From an uncultured Acidobacteriota bacterium (GTDB lineage: Bacteria > Acidobacteriota > Blastocatellia > RBC074): DNA of 64,000 bases. The position numbers were made by a program, and so were the translations under genes. This document shows positions 8,718 through 18,502 of this stretch, in pieces; position 1 is the stretch's first letter; every line of letters begins with the position of its first letter. The notes under the pieces were generated by a model. It was not told the origin of the DNA and made no database searches. It saw nothing but the letters and a program-made list of their open reading frames with translations. The stretch is from contig CAWCKY010000003.1 of NCBI GenBank assembly GCA_963796275.1, positions 1,280,001 through 1,344,000 of the forward strand, in the 5' to 3' direction.

Positions 8718-11342
8718 ATGAACAAACCTGCTCGATTTATTTTGGGAATCGCCTTCTTTGCCCTGCTGCTGGTCTATAGTGCGGCCAGCTTCTACGTCTG
8801 GCTTTACCTGCCCGGAAGCGATGCGGGGTTTTACTGGTCGGGCGAGGTTGGCGAGTTTCAGGTCAGACAGATCGACCCACAAGGCCATGCCCAAGAGTTG
8901 CGCCCGGGCGACAAAATTATCGCCATCAACGGCGTGAATGCTGCGGAGCACGCGGGCATACTGTATGACTCGTATCGCCTGGCGCCCGGTTCGCCTTATT
9001 CGATGACCGTCGAGCGCAACAGCCGGGAAATGACTTTCGCCTGGCAAACCATTCCACGTCGGCGCGGCTCTTTTCCGTGGGATAAGCTGGTTTCGCTTTT
9101 ATCTTGGCTCTCCGGGCTGATCGTGTTGTCGATCAAAGCGGAGGATCGACGGGCGTGGCTATTGGCTTTGATGCTAGGCTGCTTTTCGACGTTAGTGAAC
9201 TACGGCGGTTGGCAGGGAGAGATAGCGACCAAGTGGCTTGCGCTGGCGGTCGCTTTAGCGCAAATCGGCGGGCTTTTCTCAGCCCCGCTGCTGTTTCATT
9301 TATTTCTCTACTTTCCTCAACCTTCACCCTTGTTGCGGTGCTGGCCGAAGTTGACGCGGTGGCTCTACGCGCCGCTCTGCCTATTTGTACTGCCGACTCA
9401 TGGCGTCCTACGGTTGCCTCTTGAATGGTCTACCTCAATCGTCAGTTGGCCGCCGGCCCGTTGGTTGTGGGAGCACGGGTTGCTGCTGGCCGCTGATCTT
9501 TCGCTGCTGGGCTATCTTTTAGCGGCGCTCGTTTGCTTGTGGCTGAGTTATCGTACGGCGGATACGGCGGGGCGGCGGCGTTTGCGGGTCGTGATGTGGG
9601 GCAGCCTGATCGGCTTCGGCAGTCTAATTCCAGTGCTCGTGATGGAGGTTACAAAAACGCAGGAGAAGTGGAATACCATCTGGAACTGGTTGTGGTTTTC
9701 GATGCTCTTTACGCTGCCGCTCGTCCCTCTCAGCTTCGCTTATGCCATCGTCCGCCATCGCGTCATTCCGATCAGCCTGATGATTCGCCGTGGTGTGCGT
9801 TATCTGCTGGTCTCGCGTGGTTCGATTTTGCTGGCGCTGCTGTTCGTCGGCCTCATCGTGGCGGCGCTGTTGGCGCTGCTGTTCAAGTATCTGCGCCCAT
9901 CGGCCTTGACCATCGGCCTGGTTTCGGCTGCCGAAGGCATCGCCGCGTGGCAGTTGGCGCGCTGGTTGCACCGGCGCTATCTCGCGCCGGTGATTGACCG
10001 TCATTTCTTCCGGCAGGCTTACGATGCGCAGCACATCGTAGCCGAGTTGTCAGAATCGCTGCGTACGACGACCGAGATTCCGCGCCTGCTCGGATCGGTG
10101 GCGAACAAGCTGCAAGCGGCGCTGCAAACCGAAAACGTGGTGATCTTTTTGCGCGATGGACAGACCGGCGACTACCGCAGCGCTTATGCTTGCGAATACA
10201 ACCGGGCGGAGGGCCACGCGGTCAATTGTCCGCGCGCAAACCTCCTGCCGCGCGATGCCGCGACGCTGGCGCAGCTTGCGCAAACGGGAGACGCACTCGA
10301 ACTCGACGGCGGCAACCCGGCGTTCGATTTGGCGGTGACCAACGGCCATTCGCGGCTGACAAACGAAGAACGGAAAACGCTGCTCGAACTGAAATCCACG
10401 CTGCTGTTGCCGTTCAAAACCAAAGACGCCATGCCGGGCATCGTCGCGCTCGGCTCGCGGCTGGGCGATCTGCCGTTTTCCGGCGAAGATAAACGCTTGT
10501 TGCAATCGGTCGGCGCCTCGGCGTCGCTCGCGCTCGAAAACGCGCAACTGGTCGAACGCATGATCGCCGAAGCGCGCCGCCACCAGGAGATCGAGGCCGA
10601 AAACGAACAGCGCGCGCGGGAGTTGGAAGAAGCGCGCCAGTTGCAGCTTTCGATGCTGCCGAAGAGCGTGCCGCAATTGCCGCACATCGAGATCGCGGCG
10701 TTGATGAAGACCGCGACCGAGGTCGGCGGCGATTACTATGATTTTCACGTCGGCGAGGACGGCACGTTGACGATCGCCATCGGCGACGCGACCGGGCACG
10801 GCTTGAAAGCGGGCACGGTGGTAGCGGCGACGAAGGGACTGTTCAAGCATCTGGCCGGGCAAGCCGATCTGGTGGCCATGCTCGCGCAAACCTCGCGCGC
10901 GTTGAAGCAGATGAATCTGCGCTCGTTGTTTATGGCGCTGACGCTGGTCAAATTGAATGGCGATCACTTGCAATGCAGCGTAGCGGGGATGCCGCCGATT
11001 CTGATTTATCGCGCGGCGACAAAGACCATCGAAGAGATTCCCTTGCGCGGCGCGCCGCTGGGCGGTTTGTCGAGTTACGACTATCGCCAGGTCGAACTGA
11101 CGCTGGCGGTAAACGACGTGGCGCTGCTACTGAGCGATGGTTTGCCGGAGCGGTTCAATGCGGCGGGTGAAATGTTCGGCTACGAACGGATGCAGGAATT
11201 GTTGCTTGCGCACGCCTCCGCAGCGCCGCAAATCATTCTGGAACGGATGCTGCAGGCAAGCGATGAATGGGCGGCAGGCAAACTGGCCGACGACGACATG
11301 ACCTTCGTCGCGCTGCGGCGCACGGCCACCGGCAGTTCGTGA
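8718..11342 (+). CDS. Membrane signalling phosphatase: PDZ + multi-TM + GAF + SpoIIE/PP2C
   Basis: LRPGDKIIAING (PDZ), many TM helices, GAF (ALALENAQL), EVGGDYYD, IGDATGHG, SDGLPE, DDMT; GGGAGG before ATG 8718. Confidence 0.92.
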   Translation: MNKPARFILGIAFFALLLVYSAASFYVWLYLPGSDAGFYWSGEVGEFQVRQIDPQGHAQELRPGDKIIAINGVNAAEHAGILYDSYRLAPGSPYSMTVERNSREMTFAWQTIPRRRGSFPWDKLVSLLSWLSGLIVLSIKAEDRRAWLLALMLGCFSTLVNYGGWQGEIATKWLALAVALAQIGGLFSAPLLFHLFLYFPQPSPLLRCWPKLTRWLYAPLCLFVLPTHGVLRLPLEWSTSIVSWPPARWLWEHGLLLAADLSLLGYLLAALVCLWLSYRTADTAGRRRLRVVMWGSLIGFGSLIPVLVMEVTKTQEKWNTIWNWLWFSMLFTLPLVPLSFAYAIVRHRVIPISLMIRRGVRYLLVSRGSILLALLFVGLIVAALLALLFKYLRPSALTIGLVSAAEGIAAWQLARWLHRRYLAPVIDRHFFRQAYDAQHIVAELSESLRTTTEIPRLLGSVANKLQAALQTENVVIFLRDGQTGDYRSAYACEYNRAEGHAVNCPRANLLPRDAATLAQLAQTGDALELDGGNPAFDLAVTNGHSRLTNEERKTLLELKSTLLLPFKTKDAMPGIVALGSRLGDLPFSGEDKRLLQSVGASASLALENAQLVERMIAEARRHQEIEAENEQRARELEEARQLQLSMLPKSVPQLPHIEIAALMKTATEVGGDYYDFHVGEDGTLTIAIGDATGHGLKAGTVVAATKGLFKHLAGQADLVAMLAQTSRALKQMNLRSLFMALTLVKLNGDHLQCSVAGMPPILIYRAATKTIEEIPLRGAPLGGLSSYDYRQVELTLAVNDVALLLSDGLPERFNAAGEMFGYERMQELLLAHASAAPQIILERMLQASDEWAAGKLADDDMTFVALRRTATGSS

Positions 11343-11764
11343 GCGCACCGTGCATCTGGATGCGGCTGCCAGAAGGCGAGTTGGACGCCCGGTGACGCCT
11401 GTTGACCCGCTCAGTTTGTTCGGCTCCGATATGAGCGCGTTCGAGTCTTTGGCATTTCCTGATTTTTCCGATCACTGCAGTTGGCGATAATGATAGAGCT
11501 CTGACGATTGTTGTTCAGCTCGCTGTTGCGCGTATTGCGCTATCAACTCCCTGATGCAATGAAATGAATTGCATATCTGAACGGTTACCAAATAAGGCGC
11601 TGCCATACCATTCCTCTATCGGGGCAATGAGCAAAAAGATACGAAAATGACAGGATTGAGATGCCAGATATTGTTTGATGAGTTATTATCTTCGATAGTC
11701 GTGCCACCCCTATATCTTTAGAGGCCATCTAATAAAGGCCATCTAGAAGAATTGGGGGATCAAA

Positions 11765-12217
11765 ATGCCATCAACTCACGTGAGCCTTCACATTCACGTT
11801 ATTTTCTGTACAAAAAATTGTCATCCTTATCTTGAAGCCGAATGGCGCAGCCGGCTTCACGCTTATCTCGCCGGCGCCATCAGAAATGTTGAAGCAGTGC
11901 CGGTAGCCATTGGCGGGACTGCGGATCACGTCCATCTCTTGTTGGGCCTGAAAGCTACGCATCGGATTGCCGACGTGTTGCGAGAGATCAAGCGAGGATC
12001 GTCTAACTGGTTGAATGATGCTCTGGATATTTGCGGATTCTCCTGGCAGAACGGATATGGAGCATTTTCGGTGAGCCCCTCGGCGCTCGATTTAGTCGCG
12101 AGATACATCGCACAACAAGAGCTCCATCATAGACGGCGGTCTTTTCAGGAAGAGTATCTAGAGTTTCTTAACAAGAGCGGTGTTGTATTTGACGAGCGTT
12201 ATATTTGGGATGAATAA
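11765..12217 (+). mobile_element. tnpA: Y1 HUH transposase (IS200/IS605 TnpA or RAYT-like)
   Basis: HIHVIFCTK, DHVHLL (HUH), WQNGYGAFSVS, YIAQQELHH; no tnpB adjacent. Confidence 0.9.
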
Positions 12218-12306
12218 GTGAGGTCTCTCTTCACCCCTGGCTACCTCTCGCACTTCTCTAAAGGCCATAATTCAATGACATCGCCACTTCGGCCCATTGT
12301 GTAAAT

Positions 12307-15012
12307 ATGTCATCTCGGCGTTTGAGCTTCACGCGGCTGAGCCTCATTCAACAGCCGCTGCTCTTCGTGGTTATCTCGTTTGTTGGCGGCCTGCTGTTCG
12401 CCGCAGGAGATCGAATCTCCATTCGTCACTGGCTGATTTTTTGCGCGACCGCCTGGGTTGCCGCTTCGATAATGCTCCGGCTGAATGTGAACGGTCTGGT
12501 TGCTATTGCATTTTCGATCTGCGGTTGTTTCGCTGCCGGAGGCGCATTGTGGGCGATAAACGAGGAAGCAATCGGCGAGAACAGCGTCCGGAAGCTTTTC
12601 GAACGCGGCCAATTGAGAATCGATGAGCCGGTCGAAATCAGCGGAGTATTGAACGCCGCTCCGGAACTCGCGCCTGATCGAATCTATCTGAGCATAGCGG
12701 TTGAACAGGTAGCGTCGCTCGGACGCGAACTGCATTCGAGCGGGGCCGTCTCTATTATAATTCCATTTAGAGATCAGGAGTCGCGGCTCGAATATGATTC
12801 ATTAGCGCTAAATTACGGGGCGCGCGTGCGATTACTGGTTCACTTGAGCAACCGGAGCGGTTACCGGAATCCCGGCGCACCGGATTTCGACCAATTGCTC
12901 GAATATCGCGGCTATGATGCGACCGGATGGGTCAAGAGCCCGCTGCTCATCGAGCGGTTGGGGCGAGGAGAGCCCAACCCGCTGCTCGCGAGGCTTTATC
13001 TGGTGCGGGCGAGGGCGCTGTCAGTCATCCTCAGGCATTTCAAACAGCCCGCATCCGGAATTCTCGCCGCCGCGCTCTTCGGTAACCGTTACTTTCTCGC
13101 GCGCGATACGGCGGAGATATTTCGTGCGGGCGGAACCTTTCATCTGCTCGTGATATCCGGCCTCCACGTGGCGATGATAGCCATCGTCGCATTGTGGCTG
13201 GCGAAGTATCTGAGCAATTCGCGTTTAATCCAATATGCGGCGGTTATCACGCTGATGTGGGCTTATGCGTTGATGGTGGGAGCGCAGCCAGCGGTGACTC
13301 GGTCGGCTGTGATGCTTACCATCGTTTTCATCGGGCGGTCGATCTTTCGCAAATCTCCGGGCGCCAACGCCCTGGCCGCGTCAGCCATCGCCCTGCTTTG
13401 CTGGCAGCCGCGGGACCTGTTCAACCCGGGCTTCCAACTTTCGTTTCTGACTGTGTTGATGATCGTCGTTTTCACCGGCCCACTATATTCGCGCTTTAAA
13501 CAGATTGGCGAATGGCGGCCCATGGCTTTGACGCCTTATCCGCCACGCGTTCCAGTTTTCATTCGGAAGATTGCCGAAATATTGTTCTGGAATGAAGCGG
13601 GATTCCGCGAAGAGATGAAGGCGGAACGCATTCGTTACCGGTTGGACAAGGCCCGGATCGCTTGTCGGTTGAACGAGATGCGATTGCAGAGGCCATTAGC
13701 GTGGATCACAGTAACTATCTTTACGACAACCGGCGTACAGATCGGCCTTTTGCCGCTGATGGTCGCGCAATTCCATCGCGTATCGATCGTCGCGCCGGTG
13801 ACGAACGTCATCGAAGGGGCGCTTATCTTCGCCTTGATGATTGCCGGGACCATCTATCTGTTGATTCATGCGATCGTAGGAGGGACGGCTCAAAAACTTG
13901 CGGGAGCGGTGGACGCGCTCGGAGCGCTGTCTGTCGAATCATGCGAGCCTTTGCTGGCATTAAGCTGGGCGAATCTGCGCGTGCCTGATTTGCACCCGAC
14001 GGCGTTGGTCTTTGCCCTTTTCTTTACCGCCGTTCTTATATTGATCATTGTCATCAACGGATGGAATCCATTCCTGCGGGGCGACGAGCCGGATACTCGC
14101 AGACGAATGATCGCAAGGCGGGTGCTCGCCATCCCCTCATCGTTTACGATCGGTATTCTAAGTTGCCTCTTGATTTTTCACCCATTCGCACATCGCTACG
14201 AGCGCGGTCGATTGAGCGTGACTTTCCTGGATGTTGGGCAGGGCGATGCGATGTTGATCGCTTTTCCCAAAGGCTCGCTGATGATGCTGGATGCCGGCGG
14301 CCAACCGAATATAGTGGCAGGTAAAGTCAATGGCGATGCCGAGGATTTATTCGTAGAAGACCGTATTGGAATGGCGGAGGCTGCCGTGATGCCCTATCTG
14401 TGGCATCGCGGAATAAAGAAGTTGGACTGGATAGTGGCAAGTCATGGCGACGCGGACCACGTCGAGGGATTCGCCGAGATAATTCGCAGCTTCGATATAG
14501 GAATCGCTCTCGGCGAGGCGAAACAATTTGAACAGGCAGGCTTTCCCGTGCGAATTGCCCGAGGGGGCAATTGGTTCGAGATCGATGGTGTGCGGATGGA
14601 AGTTCTGTCACCTCTCGATGAAACGCGCGAGCCCGGTATGTCCGGCAACAATAGATCGCTCGTTATAAAAGCCACTTACGGTAATCGCAGTTTTTTACTG
14701 ACAGGTGACATCGAGAGAGAGGCCGAAGGCATGCTTGTGGCTTCCGGTCTAGATCTCGCCGCCGATGTTTTGAAAGTCGCCCATCACGGTTCGCGAACAT
14801 CCACGACTCGAGAATTTCTGAAAAAGGTCTGCCCCAGTCATGCCGTTATATCGGTATCAAATCCGAGTCCTTACGGCCATCCGCATGCGGATGTGGTGGA
14901 GCGATTGCGCGAGACCGGCGCGTACGTCTGGCAAACTTCTGCTTGCGGCGCCATCACGATATCGACCGACGGCCAGGACCTGCAAACTGGAACATTCGTC
15001 AAATGCGAATGA
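12307..15012 (+). CDS. comEC: Competence protein ComEC/Rec2
   Basis: NPGAPDF, HLLVISGLHV, GFQLSF, FLDVGQGD, HGDADHVEG, LKVAHHGS, YGHPH. Confidence 0.95.
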   Translation: MSSRRLSFTRLSLIQQPLLFVVISFVGGLLFAAGDRISIRHWLIFCATAWVAASIMLRLNVNGLVAIAFSICGCFAAGGALWAINEEAIGENSVRKLFERGQLRIDEPVEISGVLNAAPELAPDRIYLSIAVEQVASLGRELHSSGAVSIIIPFRDQESRLEYDSLALNYGARVRLLVHLSNRSGYRNPGAPDFDQLLEYRGYDATGWVKSPLLIERLGRGEPNPLLARLYLVRARALSVILRHFKQPASGILAAALFGNRYFLARDTAEIFRAGGTFHLLVISGLHVAMIAIVALWLAKYLSNSRLIQYAAVITLMWAYALMVGAQPAVTRSAVMLTIVFIGRSIFRKSPGANALAASAIALLCWQPRDLFNPGFQLSFLTVLMIVVFTGPLYSRFKQIGEWRPMALTPYPPRVPVFIRKIAEILFWNEAGFREEMKAERIRYRLDKARIACRLNEMRLQRPLAWITVTIFTTTGVQIGLLPLMVAQFHRVSIVAPVTNVIEGALIFALMIAGTIYLLIHAIVGGTAQKLAGAVDALGALSVESCEPLLALSWANLRVPDLHPTALVFALFFTAVLILIIVINGWNPFLRGDEPDTRRRMIARRVLAIPSSFTIGILSCLLIFHPFAHRYERGRLSVTFLDVGQGDAMLIAFPKGSLMMLDAGGQPNIVAGKVNGDAEDLFVEDRIGMAEAAVMPYLWHRGIKKLDWIVASHGDADHVEGFAEIIRSFDIGIALGEAKQFEQAGFPVRIARGGNWFEIDGVRMEVLSPLDETREPGMSGNNRSLVIKATYGNRSFLLTGDIEREAEGMLVASGLDLAADVLKVAHHGSRTSTTREFLKKVCPSHAVISVSNPSPYGHPHADVVERLRETGAYVWQTSACGAITISTDGQDLQTGTFVKCE

Positions 15013-15331
15013 GGTGTGCTATCTGCCGATATCGTTTGACGCTCATCCCGCGCACGATAATTATCTCTTGCGGGCGTTTGAAGCGGCCGTGTTTATGGCG
15101 ATATTCGACCATCCGTCCGGCGAGACCGGGCCCAATGCCGGGAAGCCGCATGAATTCTTCTATCGAAGCGGTATTGATGTTTATCCGCTCTGCTTCCTGT
15201 CGTGGCGCAGCAGCGGTTTGCTGGAATGGATACTGAAGGGAGAGTGCTAAACAAACGAAGATAAACGAAATATATGAAAAGGAGCGTATTTTTCGTATGT
15301 TTCGTTTTCTTTCTGGTTCAACGCATTCCAT
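14999..15331 (-). CDS. comEA: ComEA-family helix-hairpin-helix DNA-binding protein
   Basis: ININTAS.EE..RLPGIGPGLA.R.VEYR..HGRFK; start uncertain. Confidence 0.85.
   Translation of the reverse strand: MECVEPERKRNIRKIRSFSYISFIFVCLALSLQYPFQQTAAAPRQEAERININTASIEEFMRLPGIGPGLAGRMVEYRHKHGRFKRPQEIIIVRGMSVKRYRQIAHLIRI
15251..15318. repeat. Inverted repeat of ~9-nt units (AAACGAA.. / TTCGT..)
   Basis: aacaaacgaagataaacgaaatatatgaaaa ... ttttcgtatgtttcgttttctttctggtt. Confidence 0.55.
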
Positions 15332-16655
15332 GGAATTTCAAGCGAAACTCGCAATTAGTGATCGAGGGGCCTTCAGGAGCGCGCCGGGCGAAATTATTCG
15401 TTTCGGCGCAGATCATGGGAATTCCCCCGTGAGATGGAGGAATGCCGTAATGCTGATTGGTAAGTATCGCTTTGATTCGAGGGTTCGGCGGGCTGGACAC
15501 GCCGTAACGCAGCGAGATGATCGGCAATTCTGGCATCTGAGCCGGATTAATCATCTCAATGCAGTCGTCATAGATGTTTATCCGCGCCTGGCGGTCGCGC
15601 GTGCTCCAGTCGCGGTGTACGAGCGAGTTGGTCAAGGCTTCAATGATGGCATCGCGATGATAATTCGCTCGACCAGTGAGGAACGGGTCGCCGGATATCT
15701 TCTCAACTTCGCCCGGGTTGGCGGCGTTTACGATCGCCTTACGTGATGGGCGCTGGTCCCACAAATCGACGTAGCGTTTGATGAAATTGAGCGCGCCGTC
15801 GAACAGACATAAGAGATTTCCCCGCAGGTGCAATTCTTCGACGACTGGGGCGCCATTATCTGTGCCGCTGAAGCGCGAGAGCATTAGATCGGCGCGCGGA
15901 ATCAGCCTGGTCACGCTGTCATTTACTCCGAAGAGCAACAGACCGCCGATGGTCGGCATAATCTCATCGCCCATCTTCACTGCCAAGCCCATATCGCACA
16001 TAACCACGTCTGTCGGGAATCCTTTTGTCGATTCCCCCCAGTAACCCGGATTGACGCTGCGCACATAGCTCCAGACGAGCGATTCATCAATGTCGTTTTC
16101 GGCCTCCGCTTTGAAGACGGGAACCTGTTCGAAGCGGGTCAAAAAATTTTCGTGGAAGAGCTTCGATATCTCTTCCCGCGTCGCCTCTCGCTTCGTCGAT
16201 CCCTCGCGGATGTAAAAACGATCGTCGGTCGTCCTGTGTGGGCGGTTCTCAATGTCCACTTCCAAGATGACTATGCGGCGCCCGCTGTCGAATGCGACTT
16301 TATTGATGTAGGGAAATACGGGCGGCTGTATATGGTGCGAGCAGATATCGCGTATCTGCTCCTCGATGCTTTCGGGGTCTTCGACTCCCTCAACGCGCAA
16401 CTGGTCGTTGACACCGAAAACCATTGCGCCGCCGGCTGTATTGGCTAGCGCGATAATTTCAGCGGTAAGTTTTTCAACGTTGCTGAATCGGACTTTGAGC
16501 TCGAGATAGGTATCTTCACCGCCGCGCACCAGCCGCAGCAATTCCCCCCGGGATGTCACCGGCGCGGGGACGTCGAACTGATAGGCGTAGTATGAACGCT
16601 CCGAGCCTGGCGTTTGTCGAGGGCGCTGGTAATTATTGAAGCGTTTGCGAGCCAT
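15318..16655 (-). CDS. Schlafen/AlbA_2 domain + HATPase_c_4 protein
   Basis: GEDTYLELK, ALANTAGG..VFGVND, YIREGS, EALTNSLVHRDW, IEMINP, PNPRI; start taken as MARKRF. Confidence 0.85.
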   Translation of the reverse strand: MARKRFNNYQRPRQTPGSERSYYAYQFDVPAPVTSRGELLRLVRGGEDTYLELKVRFSNVEKLTAEIIALANTAGGAMVFGVNDQLRVEGVEDPESIEEQIRDICSHHIQPPVFPYINKVAFDSGRRIVILEVDIENRPHRTTDDRFYIREGSTKREATREEISKLFHENFLTRFEQVPVFKAEAENDIDESLVWSYVRSVNPGYWGESTKGFPTDVVMCDMGLAVKMGDEIMPTIGGLLLFGVNDSVTRLIPRADLMLSRFSGTDNGAPVVEELHLRGNLLCLFDGALNFIKRYVDLWDQRPSRKAIVNAANPGEVEKISGDPFLTGRANYHRDAIIEALTNSLVHRDWSTRDRQARINIYDDCIEMINPAQMPELPIISLRYGVSSPPNPRIKAILTNQHYGIPPSHGGIPMICAETNNFARRAPEGPSITNCEFRLKFHGMR

Positions 16656-16814
16656 TGCGGTGGCTGCCCCGCATAAGGAGCGAGGCGATTTGCGGGCGTC
16701 GCCGCAGCCTTGGAGAGAGAGCGGGATCGAAAAATCGATTCTTAGCTCACTCTGTTTCCAGACTCGCGATGATGTGAAAATCATCGCAGGCAAACAAGGT
16801 AAAGACTTTTCTGC

Positions 16815-17009
16815 TTACGCCGGTTTGGTGTGGTCTTTCTTCTCTTCCGGCTCTTCAGAGACTCCCTGTTTGAAACTGCGAATACTCTCGCCGAGTCCCT
16901 TCGCGAGCGAAGGCAGGCGGCTGCCACCGAATAAGATCAGGAGAATGACCAGAACTATTATTAGCTCAGTTGCACCTAAGCCATAAAAAAACATTGGAAC
17001 GTTGTTCAT
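16815..17009 (-). CDS. tatA: Twin-arginine translocase TatA/E
   Basis: GLGATELIIVLVILLILFGGSRLPSLAKGLGESIRSFK; AAAGGAG RBS. Confidence 0.95.
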   Translation of the reverse strand: MNNVPMFFYGLGATELIIVLVILLILFGGSRLPSLAKGLGESIRSFKQGVSEEPEEKKDHTKPA

Positions 17010-17046
17010 ATTGTCTCCTTTTCGATAACTTCAGCGAGATGTCTAC

Positions 17047-17076
17047 ATTCTAGCTTTACGTATGCACAGGTGTCAA
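17047..17076 (-). promoter_or_regulatory. sigma70 promoter of tatA
   Basis: TTGACA-18 nt-TAGAAT on the minus strand. Confidence 0.6.
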
Positions 17077-17322
17077 TTAGCGTTATCTTGAATGTTGTCA
17101 CCGCGGATGTTATATTGCCCTTTAGTTTTACGGACCGTAATAAACAATGAGCATTGGTAGAATCGTGTCCTACCTGTGCTTCGTGGATTCATGCTAGTCT
17201 TCTTTGAAGACTAAAAACGTTGAAGATAGCCTGGGTACGTATCCCTCACATCGGGCTTGATCGTCACATCGCCCGATGTAAACGATGCGTACCCAGCTGC
17301 TGTTCTGAGGAGGATGAAAAAC

Positions 17323-17727
17323 ATGGCAGATAACAACGGAAGCGGCGGAGACAAATTGATATATTTTCTGATCGGCGCCGGTATCGGCGCGGTCACCGCC
17401 CTGCTCTTTGCCCCCAAAGCAGGGAGCGAGCTTCGTTCAGAGCTTGCGGATGCGACCAAGAAAGGGCTCGATTATGCCCGCGATACCGGTCGCGACCTGG
17501 GTGAGCGGGCAACCGAATATTATCATACCGGAGTCGAGAAGGCCTCTGATGCGACCACACGCAGCAAAGAAGCCGTAAGTGACATCACCGACCGCGGTAA
17601 GGATATGGTCACTCGCCAGAAGGCGCAATTCGCTGCCGCTATCGAAGCCGGCAAGCAGGGATACCGCGAGGCGAAGCAAGCCGACCAGGCCAGAGGTAAG
17701 GCCAGCGCGTCGGTTGAAGAAAGTTAA
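17323..17727 (+). CDS. YtxH-domain protein
   Basis: FLIGAGIGAVTALLFAPKAGSELR; GAGGAGG RBS. Confidence 0.88.
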   Translation: MADNNGSGGDKLIYFLIGAGIGAVTALLFAPKAGSELRSELADATKKGLDYARDTGRDLGERATEYYHTGVEKASDATTRSKEAVSDITDRGKDMVTRQKAQFAAAIEAGKQGYREAKQADQARGKASASVEES

Positions 17728-17798
17728 AGTCTTAAACTTTAATATAACGTAAAACAAACGGGATAGAGAAAAACTATCAACGGTATTGGGGGAGGGCT

Positions 17799-18353
17799 GT
17801 GGATAATACTCTGAGTTGGATCATCGCTGTCGGCATTGCAGTTCTGCTCGTGGTTCAGGCCGCAGTCTTCGTTGGTCTTTATTTCCTCGCTCGGCGGCTG
17901 GTCGACATCGCCGAGCGTGCCAAGAAACTGCAGGACCAGGTCGAGTACACTCTCAACAATACCGAACCTGTGTTGAAAATGGCACACAATCTGATGTCTG
18001 AACTCAAAGAGGCGGCAGATTACTTCAATCAGGGAGTTCAGCATATCAGTGCGATCGCTGAGATGGCAAAGGACGAAGCTGCCGAAGTCAGAAACCTTCT
18101 CGGTGACACAGCCGCGATTGCGCGCAGGGAAGTTGAACGTGGGCGCGTCCACGCCGATCGAATTCAACGGACGCTTGCCGGCGCAACCGATCAATTCGAA
18201 CGGACGACCGCCCTCGTTCAAAACAGCGTATTGCAACCTGCCCGCGAATTCTCATACCTCATGTGTGGCTTGCGCCGCACGATAGAGGTGCTCACGGCAG
18301 GGAAGCGTCTCCCCGTCAATCGCGTCTATCAGGACGAGGAGATGTTTATTTGA
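17799..18353 (+). CDS. Membrane-anchored helical protein (DUF948/YoxC-like)
   Basis: N-terminal TM plus amphipathic helices, next to the YtxH gene; GGAGG RBS, GTG start. Confidence 0.7.
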   Translation: MDNTLSWIIAVGIAVLLVVQAAVFVGLYFLARRLVDIAERAKKLQDQVEYTLNNTEPVLKMAHNLMSELKEAADYFNQGVQHISAIAEMAKDEAAEVRNLLGDTAAIARREVERGRVHADRIQRTLAGATDQFERTTALVQNSVLQPAREFSYLMCGLRRTIEVLTAGKRLPVNRVYQDEEMFI

Positions 18354-18397
18354 CGCTCCACGTGGAGCGCGCTAGACGATACCTTTACGTAAGTCAC

Positions 18398-18442
18398 AGC
18401 ACTCGGCTCCGGCAATTGCAGCCGCAGCCCGAGTGCTTTTTT
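18398..18442 (+). terminator. Intrinsic terminator-like hairpin
   Basis: AGCACTCGG...CCGAGTGCT followed by a T run. Confidence 0.6.
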
Positions 18443-18502
18443 ATTGCCATTCTTTAAGGTATCATCTGGTTTTATTTCTGCGGCCCCAGAAAACCACTTA
18501 TA

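Larger units (their letters stand above)
8131..11588. mobile_element. Non-autonomous IS66-family element carrying a cargo gene
   Basis: Ends GTAACGGTTCA and TGAACGGTTAC (10/11 inverted match); exact 8-bp direct repeat CAAATAAG at 8123-8130 and 11589-11596; transposase N-terminal remnant inside. Confidence 0.8.

Noticed and set aside
11343-11577. 3' end of the IS66 transposase
   Set aside because: The frames I translated did not resemble a transposase C-terminus
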